The notes beneath the pieces are model-generated. The model searched no databases. It was given only the letters and a program-made list of their open reading frames with translations, and had not been told where the DNA came from. A stretch of DNA of 28,331 nucleotides from Promethearchaeota archaeon. GTDB lineage: Archaea > Asgardarchaeota > Lokiarchaeia > Sigyniarchaeales > Promethearchaeaceae. The stretch is from contig JAFGBS010000030.1 in NCBI GenBank assembly GCA_016933055.1, positions 1 to 28,331 of the forward strand, read 5' to 3'. Position 1 is the first letter of the stretch; every line of letters starts with the position of its first letter. Of the stretch, positions 18,119-26,989 are shown one piece after another. The translations under genes were made by a program, and so were the position numbers.

Positions 18119-18131
18119 GGAGAATACTTCG

Positions 18132-21100
18132 ATGAGTTATCAATCTAATAGTTTCCGGGTATTTGTTAGTTCTACTTTCAAAGATATGGAAGCAGAGCGT
18201 AATTACCTTCAAAAATTTGTTTTTCCAAGGCTAAAACATATCTGTAAATCCTACGGATTTGAATTCCAAGCAGTAGATTTGCGCTGGGGAATTGATGAAG
18301 AAGCTTCTATAGACCAAAATGGAGTAAAAATTTGTTTGGACGAATTAAAGCGATGTCAAGAAGTATCTCCACGTCCAAATTTAATTGTACTACTCGGGGA
18401 ACGATATGGATGGACTCCTCCCCCCGCTGAAATTCCCGAAATAGAGTTCCAAAAATTATTTTCTTATATAAGAAGGTCTGACCGTAAACTGGTAGAATTT
18501 TGGTATAAATTGGATACAAATTCAATATTTAAAATTAATGAATCTACTCATTGTGGAACTTATAAACTAGCACCTCGCAGAGGGATTCATGCAAAATGGA
18601 AGGAATATACAGAATGGGAACCAGTTGAACGCCAATTACGAGAAATTCTTTATAATGCAGCTATAAAATCGGAGGTAAATGCAAAAAATTTACTCAAATA
18701 TTATTCATCAGCAACACATCAAGAAATAATATCAGGAGTTATTGAACCCGCAGATGCAAAAAATCATGTGCATTTTTTCATGAAAAACATATCAGGAGTA
18801 TCTCCGACCGAGAAATTGAAAGATTTTGTTGAAACAGATTCTACTAAGAAGGAGTATCTTGAACGTCTTAAAATGATACTAAGAAAAGACTTTTCTGATC
18901 ATGTCCATGAATATTCTGTTAACTCGGCAAACTCGGATGCTTTTAAACAGTATTTAGAGGAATTTGGTCGACATGTATTCGATGCTTTGTGGACCAATAT
19001 AAATATGCAAATCAACCGTTTTGTCAGAAAATCGGAACTTGAGCAGGAAAGTGAATCCCAGATGGCTTTTGCTCAGACCCGAACAAAAATATTTGTGGGG
19101 AGAAACGCTGTTTTAGAGAAAATTATGGATTACATTCATGATACCACAAATGATCCGTTAATTATAATGGGACCTTCCGGTTCGGGAAAATCAGCTTTAA
19201 TAGCAAAGCTAGTTCATGAAATACATAAATCAAATCCCGCTAGTATAGTTCTCCCCCGCTTTATTGGTACAACAGTAAAATCTTCCAATTCACTCACTTT
19301 GCTAACAGATTTATATCAAAATATTGTTAAAATGCCTAATATCTCTTTTAAAACCACAGAAACCATTACAGATAAAACATTTACAGATTATCCGAAATTT
19401 GCTCGTTATTTTACAGAACTGGTCAGTACGTGTGATATTGGAGATAAAGCGATTCTCTTGATAGACGCTATCGATCAGCTAAGATCGAATGATATGGGAA
19501 GAGACCTCCAATGGATCCCTCAAGTCTTAGGAAAAAATATAAAAATTGTAATCTCATGTGCTTTAGATGCAAAAGACTTGGTGGGAATATTAGATACTCG
19601 CTTCAAAACCAGAATCCTTCACATCCCCCCTCTTTCTATCCAAGAAGGAGATGAAATTCTGAAATTGCTACTGAAAGACACTTCACGAGCTTTAACATCC
19701 TCTCAATCAGACGAAATTCTAATGAAATTTAAGAAATTAGGAAACCCCCTATTCTTAAAAGTAGCTTTTGAAATATCACGTAGGTGGAACTCATTCGATC
19801 CCCCTGAATCAACCATTCTTCCGGATAATATTGAAGCTTTAGTGGAACAATATTTATCATCACTAATGATCCAGTATGATTCAGAATTTGTTAAACGCGT
19901 ATTGGGATATTTAGTCACATCTCGTTATGGATTAACAGAATCTGAGATAGTAGAAATTCTTAGTTTTGATTCTGAATATTTCACCAATTATTACCTCAAA
20001 AAAATTTTCCACCCTCTCCCCGAACCGAGACTTCCATGGATTGTGTGGTCTCGTTTTTTTGCAGTTATGGAACAATTTTTCACGCAAAGTGGAATCTTCA
20101 ATGTTACCACTTTTTCTTTATTTCACAGACAGTTTAAACAGATAATTACAACTCTATTCCTACCTGAAAAAACAAAAAAGCGTTTTCACCGCATACTTGC
20201 AGAATATTTTGCTCAAAAACCTCTGTATTATAAGGAGGGTGAGAAAAAAACTGTAAATTATCGAAAACTATCTGAACTTATTTATCACCTACGCGCTGCG
20301 GAAATGTTTCAAGAAATTGAATACTATTTGACTGATCTCGAATATATTGATGTAAATTGTGGAGCTGGATTAATCGATGCTCTATTACAAGATTTCTCAG
20401 AAGTTATGCAAGTAAACACTCATCAATGGAAGGATCCCTCCATTTTACAGGAAATATACGCGTTTTTACGTAACCAATCTCATATTATTCGAAAATTTCC
20501 CCAGTTATGTCTTCAACAAGCTGTAAATCAATCTGAATTCCAAAATTTAGCCAAAAATGCAGAAATCCAATTGCTTAACCCTGCACAAAAGCAACCGTTT
20601 ATTAAATTACTAAATAAACCACAAGAGAGAAATCCGCTAGTATTAACTTTCCAAGGGCACCACAGTCCCGTTAATGATTGTTGCTTTTCTCCAGATGGAT
20701 CCATAATTGCGTCCGTTTCAGCTGATAGTACTATTATATTGTGGAATTCAAAAACTGGTGCACGGATGAAAACATTATACGGACACTCCAAAGAAGTCAA
20801 TTCCTGTGATTTTACGCAGGACGGATCAAAGATTCTTTCAGGATCGAGTGATGGTACATTAAAACTTTGGGATGTTCAATCAGGAACTACGCTTAAAACC
20901 TACACATTTGATGGTATTCCAATTGAAGATAGTAGGCTATCCCGCGATGGATCTACAATTCTTGTAGCAAGTAACGAAGGGAGTATACGATTAGTGGATA
21001 CAAATTCAGGAAGCATTATTACGACGTTTAAAGGACATGGTAAAGCTGTGAAATGCTGCCGTTTTAGTCCCGATGAATCAATGATCTTATCTTCATCAGA

Positions 21101-22595
21101 TGATTATCTGCTTAAATTATGGGATGTTGAAAAATCTGAGGAAATTTTCACGCTAGAGGGTCATACAGGATGGATAAATACGTGTGCTTTTTCTCCGAAT
21201 GGTGAAACGGTAATTTCGGGATCCTATGATCAGTCATTGAGAGTATGGGATGTAAAAAGCAGCAAAGAATTGGCATCTTTTCGAACAGGTAGTTTTATGA
21301 ATTGGATAAATGCATGTGCATACTCCCCCGATGGCTCAGTTATCGCTTTTGGCTGCGGTTCGAGCATAATTATATGGAATCCGAAAACGAATGAACAATT
21401 AGCTAACATCTATAACGGTGATTATTACTCAATCACTTTCTCTCCTGATGGTTCTCAGTTGTTAACAGGATGTAGAGATAGCACTCTGAAATTGTGGGAT
21501 GTAAATACAATGATGGAAGTATACCTCTTGCATGGAACCCGGGATATTCTATCAGAGAAGATACTTGGATTCTCTCCAAATGGATCTATATTCATTACGG
21601 TGGAATCACAGTATTCCTTGAAACTTATGGATTCCGTAACAGACGCACAATACATTGTAAAACTCTGGGATTCTCATACAAAAAAAGAATTGAAATCTCT
21701 AAAAGGACATCTAAAAGATATCACTTGTTATGATTTTTCTCCCGATAGTACTCAATTGGTCACTGGTTCGATAGATCATACGTTAATCATATGGGATATT
21801 GCAAGCGGAACTGCACTACACGTACTGCGGGGACATACAACTTACCTAAAATTATGTAGCTATAGTTTAGATGGGCAAAATATCATCTCCCTTTCGAATG
21901 AAAACACGGTAAAAACTTGGGATGTAAAATCGGGTAAAGAAGTTAATAGTAAATCTAATCCCGTTAAAAGTTGTACTATGTGTAGTATCTCTCCAGATAA
22001 GACCAAGATTTTAGTGATCGGTTCATCACGCAATTTAAAATTGTGGAATTTGCTATCTGAAAATCCCCCAATTACCCTGGAAGGCTTTTACACGGATCCT
22101 ATGCATTATGCATTTGCTTTCTCCCCGGATAGCTTAAGTTTTATCACAAAAATAGGAAAAAATGAACTGGCGATATGGGATGCCCAAACTGGAGTGATGT
22201 TGCGATCATTTACTGCTCATTCAAGGAATATTTCTACATGTTTGTTCAATCCTAATGGTGATATCATAGTTACGGGTTCATTGGATAGAACAATAAAACT
22301 CTGGGATATTCATACGGGAGAAAATATTAAAACATTAACGGGTCATAGTAAGACGGTTGTAAATAGTATTTTTTCACTGGACGGCGACTTTATCATATCT
22401 GGATCAGATGATGAAACAATACGCATGTGGGATTTAGAAACCGGGAAAAATGTTGCGATATTTCCAGAAGCACGTTTTTTACGAGAAATGGCAATAAATA
22501 AAAATGGATTACTTATTGCTATTGACTCTACGGGACTTAAAATGATGGAATTAAGAAACTACGATAATAAACTCAAATCTCAAGCCAAATTCTGA
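18132..22595 (+). CDS. DUF4062-NACHT(STAND NTPase)-WD40 protein, TEP1/NWD1-like
   Basis: FRVFVSSTFKDMEAERNYL...AVDLRWGI...LLGERYGW (DUF4062) and SATHQEI. Walker A GPSGSGKS (19170-19193), Walker B ILLIDAIDQL, GNPLFLKV. About 14 WD40 repeats (GH...FSPDG...WD) from ~20655. AAGGAG RBS. Confidence 0.95.
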   Translation: MSYQSNSFRVFVSSTFKDMEAERNYLQKFVFPRLKHICKSYGFEFQAVDLRWGIDEEASIDQNGVKICLDELKRCQEVSPRPNLIVLLGERYGWTPPPAEIPEIEFQKLFSYIRRSDRKLVEFWYKLDTNSIFKINESTHCGTYKLAPRRGIHAKWKEYTEWEPVERQLREILYNAAIKSEVNAKNLLKYYSSATHQEIISGVIEPADAKNHVHFFMKNISGVSPTEKLKDFVETDSTKKEYLERLKMILRKDFSDHVHEYSVNSANSDAFKQYLEEFGRHVFDALWTNINMQINRFVRKSELEQESESQMAFAQTRTKIFVGRNAVLEKIMDYIHDTTNDPLIIMGPSGSGKSALIAKLVHEIHKSNPASIVLPRFIGTTVKSSNSLTLLTDLYQNIVKMPNISFKTTETITDKTFTDYPKFARYFTELVSTCDIGDKAILLIDAIDQLRSNDMGRDLQWIPQVLGKNIKIVISCALDAKDLVGILDTRFKTRILHIPPLSIQEGDEILKLLLKDTSRALTSSQSDEILMKFKKLGNPLFLKVAFEISRRWNSFDPPESTILPDNIEALVEQYLSSLMIQYDSEFVKRVLGYLVTSRYGLTESEIVEILSFDSEYFTNYYLKKIFHPLPEPRLPWIVWSRFFAVMEQFFTQSGIFNVTTFSLFHRQFKQIITTLFLPEKTKKRFHRILAEYFAQKPLYYKEGEKKTVNYRKLSELIYHLRAAEMFQEIEYYLTDLEYIDVNCGAGLIDALLQDFSEVMQVNTHQWKDPSILQEIYAFLRNQSHIIRKFPQLCLQQAVNQSEFQNLAKNAEIQLLNPAQKQPFIKLLNKPQERNPLVLTFQGHHSPVNDCCFSPDGSIIASVSADSTIILWNSKTGARMKTLYGHSKEVNSCDFTQDGSKILSGSSDGTLKLWDVQSGTTLKTYTFDGIPIEDSRLSRDGSTILVASNEGSIRLVDTNSGSIITTFKGHGKAVKCCRFSPDESMILSSSDDYLLKLWDVEKSEEIFTLEGHTGWINTCAFSPNGETVISGSYDQSLRVWDVKSSKELASFRTGSFMNWINACAYSPDGSVIAFGCGSSIIIWNPKTNEQLANIYNGDYYSITFSPDGSQLLTGCRDSTLKLWDVNTMMEVYLLHGTRDILSEKILGFSPNGSIFITVESQYSLKLMDSVTDAQYIVKLWDSHTKKELKSLKGHLKDITCYDFSPDSTQLVTGSIDHTLIIWDIASGTALHVLRGHTTYLKLCSYSLDGQNIISLSNENTVKTWDVKSGKEVNSKSNPVKSCTMCSISPDKTKILVIGSSRNLKLWNLLSENPPITLEGFYTDPMHYAFAFSPDSLSFITKIGKNELAIWDAQTGVMLRSFTAHSRNISTCLFNPNGDIIVTGSLDRTIKLWDIHTGENIKTLTGHSKTVVNSIFSLDGDFIISGSDDETIRMWDLETGKNVAIFPEARFLREMAINKNGLLIAIDSTGLKMMELRNYDNKLKSQAKF

Positions 22596-22647
22596 ACGGA
22601 ATGTGGTAATCGGCGCTCTGACCATTCGGTTTTGAGATCTTTTTTTC
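22596..22647 (+). terminator. Possible hairpin plus U-tract terminator after the NACHT gene
   Basis: Imperfect inverted repeat AACGGAATGTGGT / ACCATTCGGTT followed by T runs. Confidence 0.3.
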
Positions 22648-22667
22648 AAGCAAGTTAGTCAAATTTA

Positions 22668-22883
22668 GTGCATCTATTTCGGATTCAGGGAGTTTTCCCT
22701 CTCTTGATATATGCAAATAGCAAACAAAAAATCAAAAAAATTATTGAACGGTTATGTTTTCGATGCATTCGGGAAATATGTATTACTTTTCGGAAAGATG
22801 AAGCAGGAGATCCGATAGAATTCGATGCTTTAGACTATTCTCTATTAAAAGAAGAATGGCAAAAAAAAGAAAAATTTAGATAA
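22668..22883 (+). pseudogene. C-terminal fragment of a RimJ/RimL-type GNAT acetyltransferase
   Basis: HLFRIQG...NSK...KIIERLCFR...FRKDEAGDPIEFDALDYSLLKEEWQ resembles the LHRI...N.AS..LLERLGF...D...YSLLKEEW tail of that family. The N-terminal half is absent. Confidence 0.5.
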
Positions 22884-22984
22884 AAAAAGACCTGAGAATC
22901 CATTCATCCCCTTATTATCCCTTTTTTTCCATTATAAAGGGAAATCAATATGTAGTAATTTTATGATTGTCCACATTTAGAACA

Positions 22985-23329
22985 TCAAAAAAATGAGCCC
23001 GTATGTAATGACTTTTTGATCATTATGTAGGTTTTTTTATTGATATTCCGAATTTCATAAAGTAATTTATTTAGAATGTACAATTCCCTGCTCTCAATTA
23101 ATTCCTCTCTCCAAAGAAGTTGAAGAAATTCGATAAAAAATCTCAAATTTAAACCGTGCATTTTACCATATGGATATAATGGTCTATCCTCAGTCAATAT
23201 AATGGGATTGAGTCGCTTTTTTAATCCAAATATACTTGCATCTGCATTTGCATTTGATTTCTGTACTTTTATCAAAGATTTTACTTCATTATTGAATATA
23301 TCAGAGAAAAAAGAATATAAACAGAAAGA
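22985..23329 (-). pseudogene. N-terminally truncated PIN-domain (VapC/DUF3368-like) protein
   Basis: NADASIFGLKKRLNPIILTEDRPL...GLNLRFFIEFLQLLWREELIE matches the PIN C-terminal half. The frame is open back to 23329 with no good start codon. Confidence 0.45.
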
Positions 23330-23366
23330 TCAAAAACAAACATGGAAATAACAAAGTGAACTAATA

Positions 23367-23663
23367 ATGAATGAAACACAAGAGGAAGTTCAGAGGCAAA
23401 CCCCTTCATTTTTTGGTCTATTTCTCTGCGCATTATTTGGGTTTATCGGAATAATAATAGGTTTAATCCGACTTGCTAAAGGAAGAAAAAATTCAGGGAA
23501 CCGCATCATAATTTTATCTGCGATCGGGTTTGCTATTGTAGTCGCATTTGGGTCCGCAAGTGTAATTGTGCCTTATTTAGGACTTGTGGCACTTCTCCCC
23601 TTAATTGGAGTGGTAAACCATTTTTATAAGAAAATTAAAGATGGCACTTATCCATGGGATTAA
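23367..23663 (+). CDS. Small membrane protein (about 3 TM)
   Basis: 98 aa with hydrophobic spans FFGLFLCALFGFIGIIIGLI and IIILSAIGFAIVVAFG...VNHF. Confidence 0.7.
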   Translation: MNETQEEVQRQTPSFFGLFLCALFGFIGIIIGLIRLAKGRKNSGNRIIILSAIGFAIVVAFGSASVIVPYLGLVALLPLIGVVNHFYKKIKDGTYPWD

Positions 23664-24046
23664 ATCAGCGATAAACGCTCCGAGAGCAGATACCAATATG
23701 GAAATTTAAGACTTATAAGTCTAAGAACCAATCTCTACAGACTTAAAAGAACGAATAATGAGCATAGTGGAGAATTTCTAAAATCAGAACCAGTGTTCTA
23801 AAAATTCCTTTAGAGAATAGAGCGGAATATCCACAAAAAGTGTCTTTATTATAGGGTTTCATCTCAGAAAGAGTGCACTTAAAATATGGATAAGATTATT
23901 TTTCTTGCTATATGTACTATCAGTGGCGGAAATATTTATTCCTCCAAATCCTGAGCAATATTTTCTAATTCAACCTTTTTTTCATGGAAATTAGTTATAC
24001 TAATTGCATTTATTTCTGATTCAATGAGTTTTCCCCCTCTTGATAA

Positions 24047-24358
24047 TTGAATCATGGGTTTGTATCTCGAAATTGCAAACAATATTTAGTCCAAGGAGGA
24101 CTCTTACTTGCTAATAATTCTCATTTGGATGCCGGGATAGCACATTTGGACTCTGACTTTGATTTAATTGGAGTTATAAACTATCGTACAAACAAGTTCT
24201 ATTTCTCTGAGAAAGACTTGGATCATTATTTCATCCCGAAAAATCCCAAGATAAACCATACGCTGGAGCATTTGCTTCGACTGCAGCGAGGTGTAAATTA
24301 CACAAAAACTGCGTCTCATTATTTGTTTAGAAAAACTGGTGTATTTCAAGAAAATTAA
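24047..24358 (+). pseudogene. C-terminal half of an uncharacterised SAM-methyltransferase-like protein
   Basis: GFVSRNCKQYLVQGGLLLANNSHLDAG...YFIPK...RGVNYTKTASHYLFRK recalls the LKxGG-type motif of class I methyltransferase-like proteins. No N-terminal half is seen upstream. The family call is from memory only. Confidence 0.35.
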
Positions 24359-24398
24359 ATATATCAAAAGATGCAATACTTGAGTGAGAGTGAAAAAT

Positions 24399-25193
24399 GT
24401 GTGTGAATTATTAGGATTGTGTTTTAATAAAGAAGTGAATACGAGAATTTCGTTTAATGAATTTAAATTACATAGTGAGGGAAATCCAGATGGGTGGGGA
24501 TTAGGATTTTATCCTGATAGAGCAGTAAGAATCTTTAAAGAACCTATTACTGCGAAAACAAGCAGATTAGTGGAGTTTATCCGGGAATATGAGGAAATTC
24601 GTTCCAAAATTTTTATCTCGCACATCCGATTAACAAGCGGAACTAAGGTGTGTTATCGAAATACTCACCCCTTTTGCAGAGAATTAGGTGGAAAACAGTA
24701 TGTGTTCGCTCATAATGGAACTTTAGGTTGGTACAAAAAGAAAGATGGTTTGGAATTAGGAGATTATAGAACTGTGGGAGAAACTGATTCAGAATGGGCG
24801 TTCTGCTGGTTAATGGAGCAATTGAAAAATCGTTTCGGAACAGAAAAGGATTCGACCAAAAAATGGTCTCATGATGATTTTGACTGGTTACATGAGAAAT
24901 TTCTATATATTAACGAATTTGGAAATTTCAATTGTTTAATGAGTGAAGGGGTGCACCTGTTTTCCTATTATGACAAGAGAGGATATAATTCTCTATTATA
25001 TTTAATCCGAAAGAAGCCATTCGGGTCTATTAGGTTGCTAGATGATGATTTCCAAATTAATTTAAGAGATGAGAAAGACCCGGACGAACAAGGGGTGATC
25101 ATTGCAACCAGGCCGTTGACGGATGAAAATTGGGTGAGTTTCAAGCCTGGTCAGCTGATTGTAGTTGAAAATGGGAGAATTTTATTCAATTAA
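24399..25193 (+). CDS. yafJ: Class II glutamine amidotransferase (Ntn hydrolase, YafJ/GATase_4 family)
   Basis: Start reassigned to the GTG at 24399 so that Cys is residue 2 (MCELLG). Motifs NPDGWGLGFY, ISHIR, NTHPF, FAHNGTL, GETDSEWAF, IIATRPLTDENW. Confidence 0.92.
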   Translation: MCELLGLCFNKEVNTRISFNEFKLHSEGNPDGWGLGFYPDRAVRIFKEPITAKTSRLVEFIREYEEIRSKIFISHIRLTSGTKVCYRNTHPFCRELGGKQYVFAHNGTLGWYKKKDGLELGDYRTVGETDSEWAFCWLMEQLKNRFGTEKDSTKKWSHDDFDWLHEKFLYINEFGNFNCLMSEGVHLFSYYDKRGYNSLLYLIRKKPFGSIRLLDDDFQINLRDEKDPDEQGVIIATRPLTDENWVSFKPGQLIVVENGRILFN

Positions 25194-25250
25194 AATAAAG
25201 TAAAAATTGAAGAAAGAAAAATGTATTTAATTTAGAAAAGAGGATTAAAA

Positions 25251-25448
25251 ATGAGTGAACAAATGGAAAATAAAAACGCAATCTTGTATTCAACCGAAGA
25301 ACATAGAGATCTCGTCTTTAGGAAAATGAAACAAATAGAGTCCAGATGGATAAAGATTGTTGAGGATTTTTTTTCAAAAGGAGAAAAATTGGATGTTCTA
25401 ATAATAGGTTGGATAGACAAGCATGTTCCTATCCTAACGGATAGATAA
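25251..25448 (+). CDS. Small hypothetical protein
   Basis: 65-aa ORF with a GAGGA RBS before the ATG, co-oriented behind the amidotransferase. Confidence 0.5.
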   Translation: MSEQMENKNAILYSTEEHRDLVFRKMKQIESRWIKIVEDFFSKGEKLDVLIIGWIDKHVPILTDR

Positions 25449-25666
25449 ACTTGTTTATGTTCACATCAGTAGCATACGGACCAAGGTCCTAGGACCACGG
25501 ACCGACCCTTTTATATGTGTTCGGCATGTTTATGTGTTTGTTAGAACGTGTTCTAACGAACACGTAGAATTTGTAAAGATTTTTGCTTTCGGGATTCGGT
25601 GGAGTTTTACGATAGTTTTCACTTATTGAGATTACTATTTAACAGAAAGGGTGGAATAGATGTTGA

Positions 25667-26100
25667 TTAGTGCAAATATAATGCAGTGCTGATATTCACG
25701 TCTTTGAGCAATAATCGATGTTCTAATTTCACATCATCCGAATAATTATAGGCATAGTAAGTATTTTCGAAAAAGTGCTGGAGATCTTCTATCGAAACCT
25801 CTCTGCCTTGATGAATTAACAATAAGATTTGTTCACGCAACGCCCCGATATTGTTGAACACGCTTTCTATTGGATTATATTTGGGTATTAACTCCTTTTG
25901 TTCCATAGAGTCTTTAAAATAGAACTCTTGCACCCGTTCTCTTTCATCCGCATTGGTAGCAAGAATGATTCCCTCGCCCACTAAGTCCAATCCCGGTCTC
26001 CCGGCTCTCCCCAATAATTGAAAGGTTTGATTTGCCGGGGCTTGATAGTTTTTAACTCGTCTAAACCTATCATAATGTCTCGAATAGCAAGGAAGTCAGT
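25667..26100 (-). pseudogene. Internal fragment of a Ski2/Hel308-like superfamily 2 helicase
   Basis: SF2 motif VI QLLGRAGRPGLD..GEGII, then PIESVF...LREQILLLI...LQHFFENTYYAY. An upstream FLAIRD segment joins by a frameshift near 26075. Both the N-terminal ATPase domain and the C-terminus are missing. Confidence 0.75.
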
Positions 26101-26254
26101 TCTTTATAAAACCAAAAATAAGCATGTATCCAACACTCACTTTACAATTTATGTTTATTTATTCGTAAGGTCTAATCGAACTTAACACGCTTAATAACCA
26201 ATTTAACTCCACCTAATCAACTATTTATTTATCTATTTGCAAGGGTGTTAATTT

Positions 26255-26989
26255 ATGCAAAGAAAAATAAACATGCAAAGAAAACACATAAGCATGGCGA
26301 GAAAATTTTCAGGGAGCACAATTTTTTTTTTCATAATTTTTGTTATCTCTACCATATTGATTTTTTTTGTTTGGTATGAAATTTTCTTTTTACTATTATT
26401 AGGAATATCTACAATTTCTGGAGCTATCACTATCTCGAAAGGGATTAAAGATAAAGCACAGAACCCCTATTCTGGCGGTACAAAATTCTTCTTGGGACTT
26501 TTTTTGTTTTCCATCGCAATGATTATTTTTGGATATGTAGGAGGAATTTATAGCTATTTCTATTACTATATTTTCTTCTTAATTGGGACTATCTTCATCT
26601 TTGTTGGTGTTGGTTCATTAATTCTAACTATAATTCTTTTGATACGAGATCGTAAGCATCCTCCGAAAATTGGGGAAGTCAAATTTCCTCCTCAACCTTC
26701 CATAATACTAACGAGACCAACGAAACCTATTAAATTAGATGAATTAAAACAAATGCTTGGAATTGCCTCTCATTTGCGAATTGAGGATATTGCTACCGGT
26801 TTAGATACTGATCGGGGGCATCTACTCAAATTTATTTCACAGAACACCCATGAACTGCCTCCGTTTCGAATAGAAGACGAATACATTTTTATTTTACGAA
26901 AAGAACCTGATTGGGTCTGTCAAGAGTGCGGAACACGTAATTCTGGGGAAGCACAAGTCTGTGAAAAATGTGGAGAGGCGAAAAAGTAA
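26255..26989 (+). CDS. Membrane protein (about 4 TM) with a winged-helix-like segment and a C-terminal RanBP2-type zinc finger
   Basis: Hydrophobic N-terminal half. LDELKQMLGIASHLRIEDIATGLDTD...FRIEDEYIFI. WVCQECGTRNSGEAQVCEKC matches W-x-C-x2-C-x3-N-x6-C-x2-C. Confidence 0.8.
   Translation: MQRKINMQRKHISMARKFSGSTIFFFIIFVISTILIFFVWYEIFFLLLLGISTISGAITISKGIKDKAQNPYSGGTKFFLGLFLFSIAMIIFGYVGGIYSYFYYYIFFLIGTIFIFVGVGSLILTIILLIRDRKHPPKIGEVKFPPQPSIILTRPTKPIKLDELKQMLGIASHLRIEDIATGLDTDRGHLLKFISQNTHELPPFRIEDEYIFILRKEPDWVCQECGTRNSGEAQVCEKCGEAKK

Noticed and set aside
17967-18212. 81-aa minus-strand ORF overlapping the NACHT start
   Set aside because: It is the antisense shadow of the amidotransferase remnant and the NACHT 5' end.
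1964-21733. Short ORF-track entries nested in or antisense to long genes (e.g. 1964, 4564, 5311, 5943, 6262, 7220, 8277, 10587, 11527, 12865, 12909, 13512, 13898, 16728, 17490, 18307, 19703, 20528, 21455, 21494)
   Set aside because: They are shadow frames of well-supported genes, with no recognisable motifs.
23709-23722. Perfect 14-bp palindrome AGACTTATAAGTCT
   Set aside because: It is a single copy, and palindromes of this length are expected by chance in 28 kb of AT-rich DNA.
23930-24060. ~40-codon minus-strand ORF (MIQLSRGGKLIESE...QDLEE)
   Set aside because: It is protein-like but short, overlaps the 24047 fragment and has no recognisable family.
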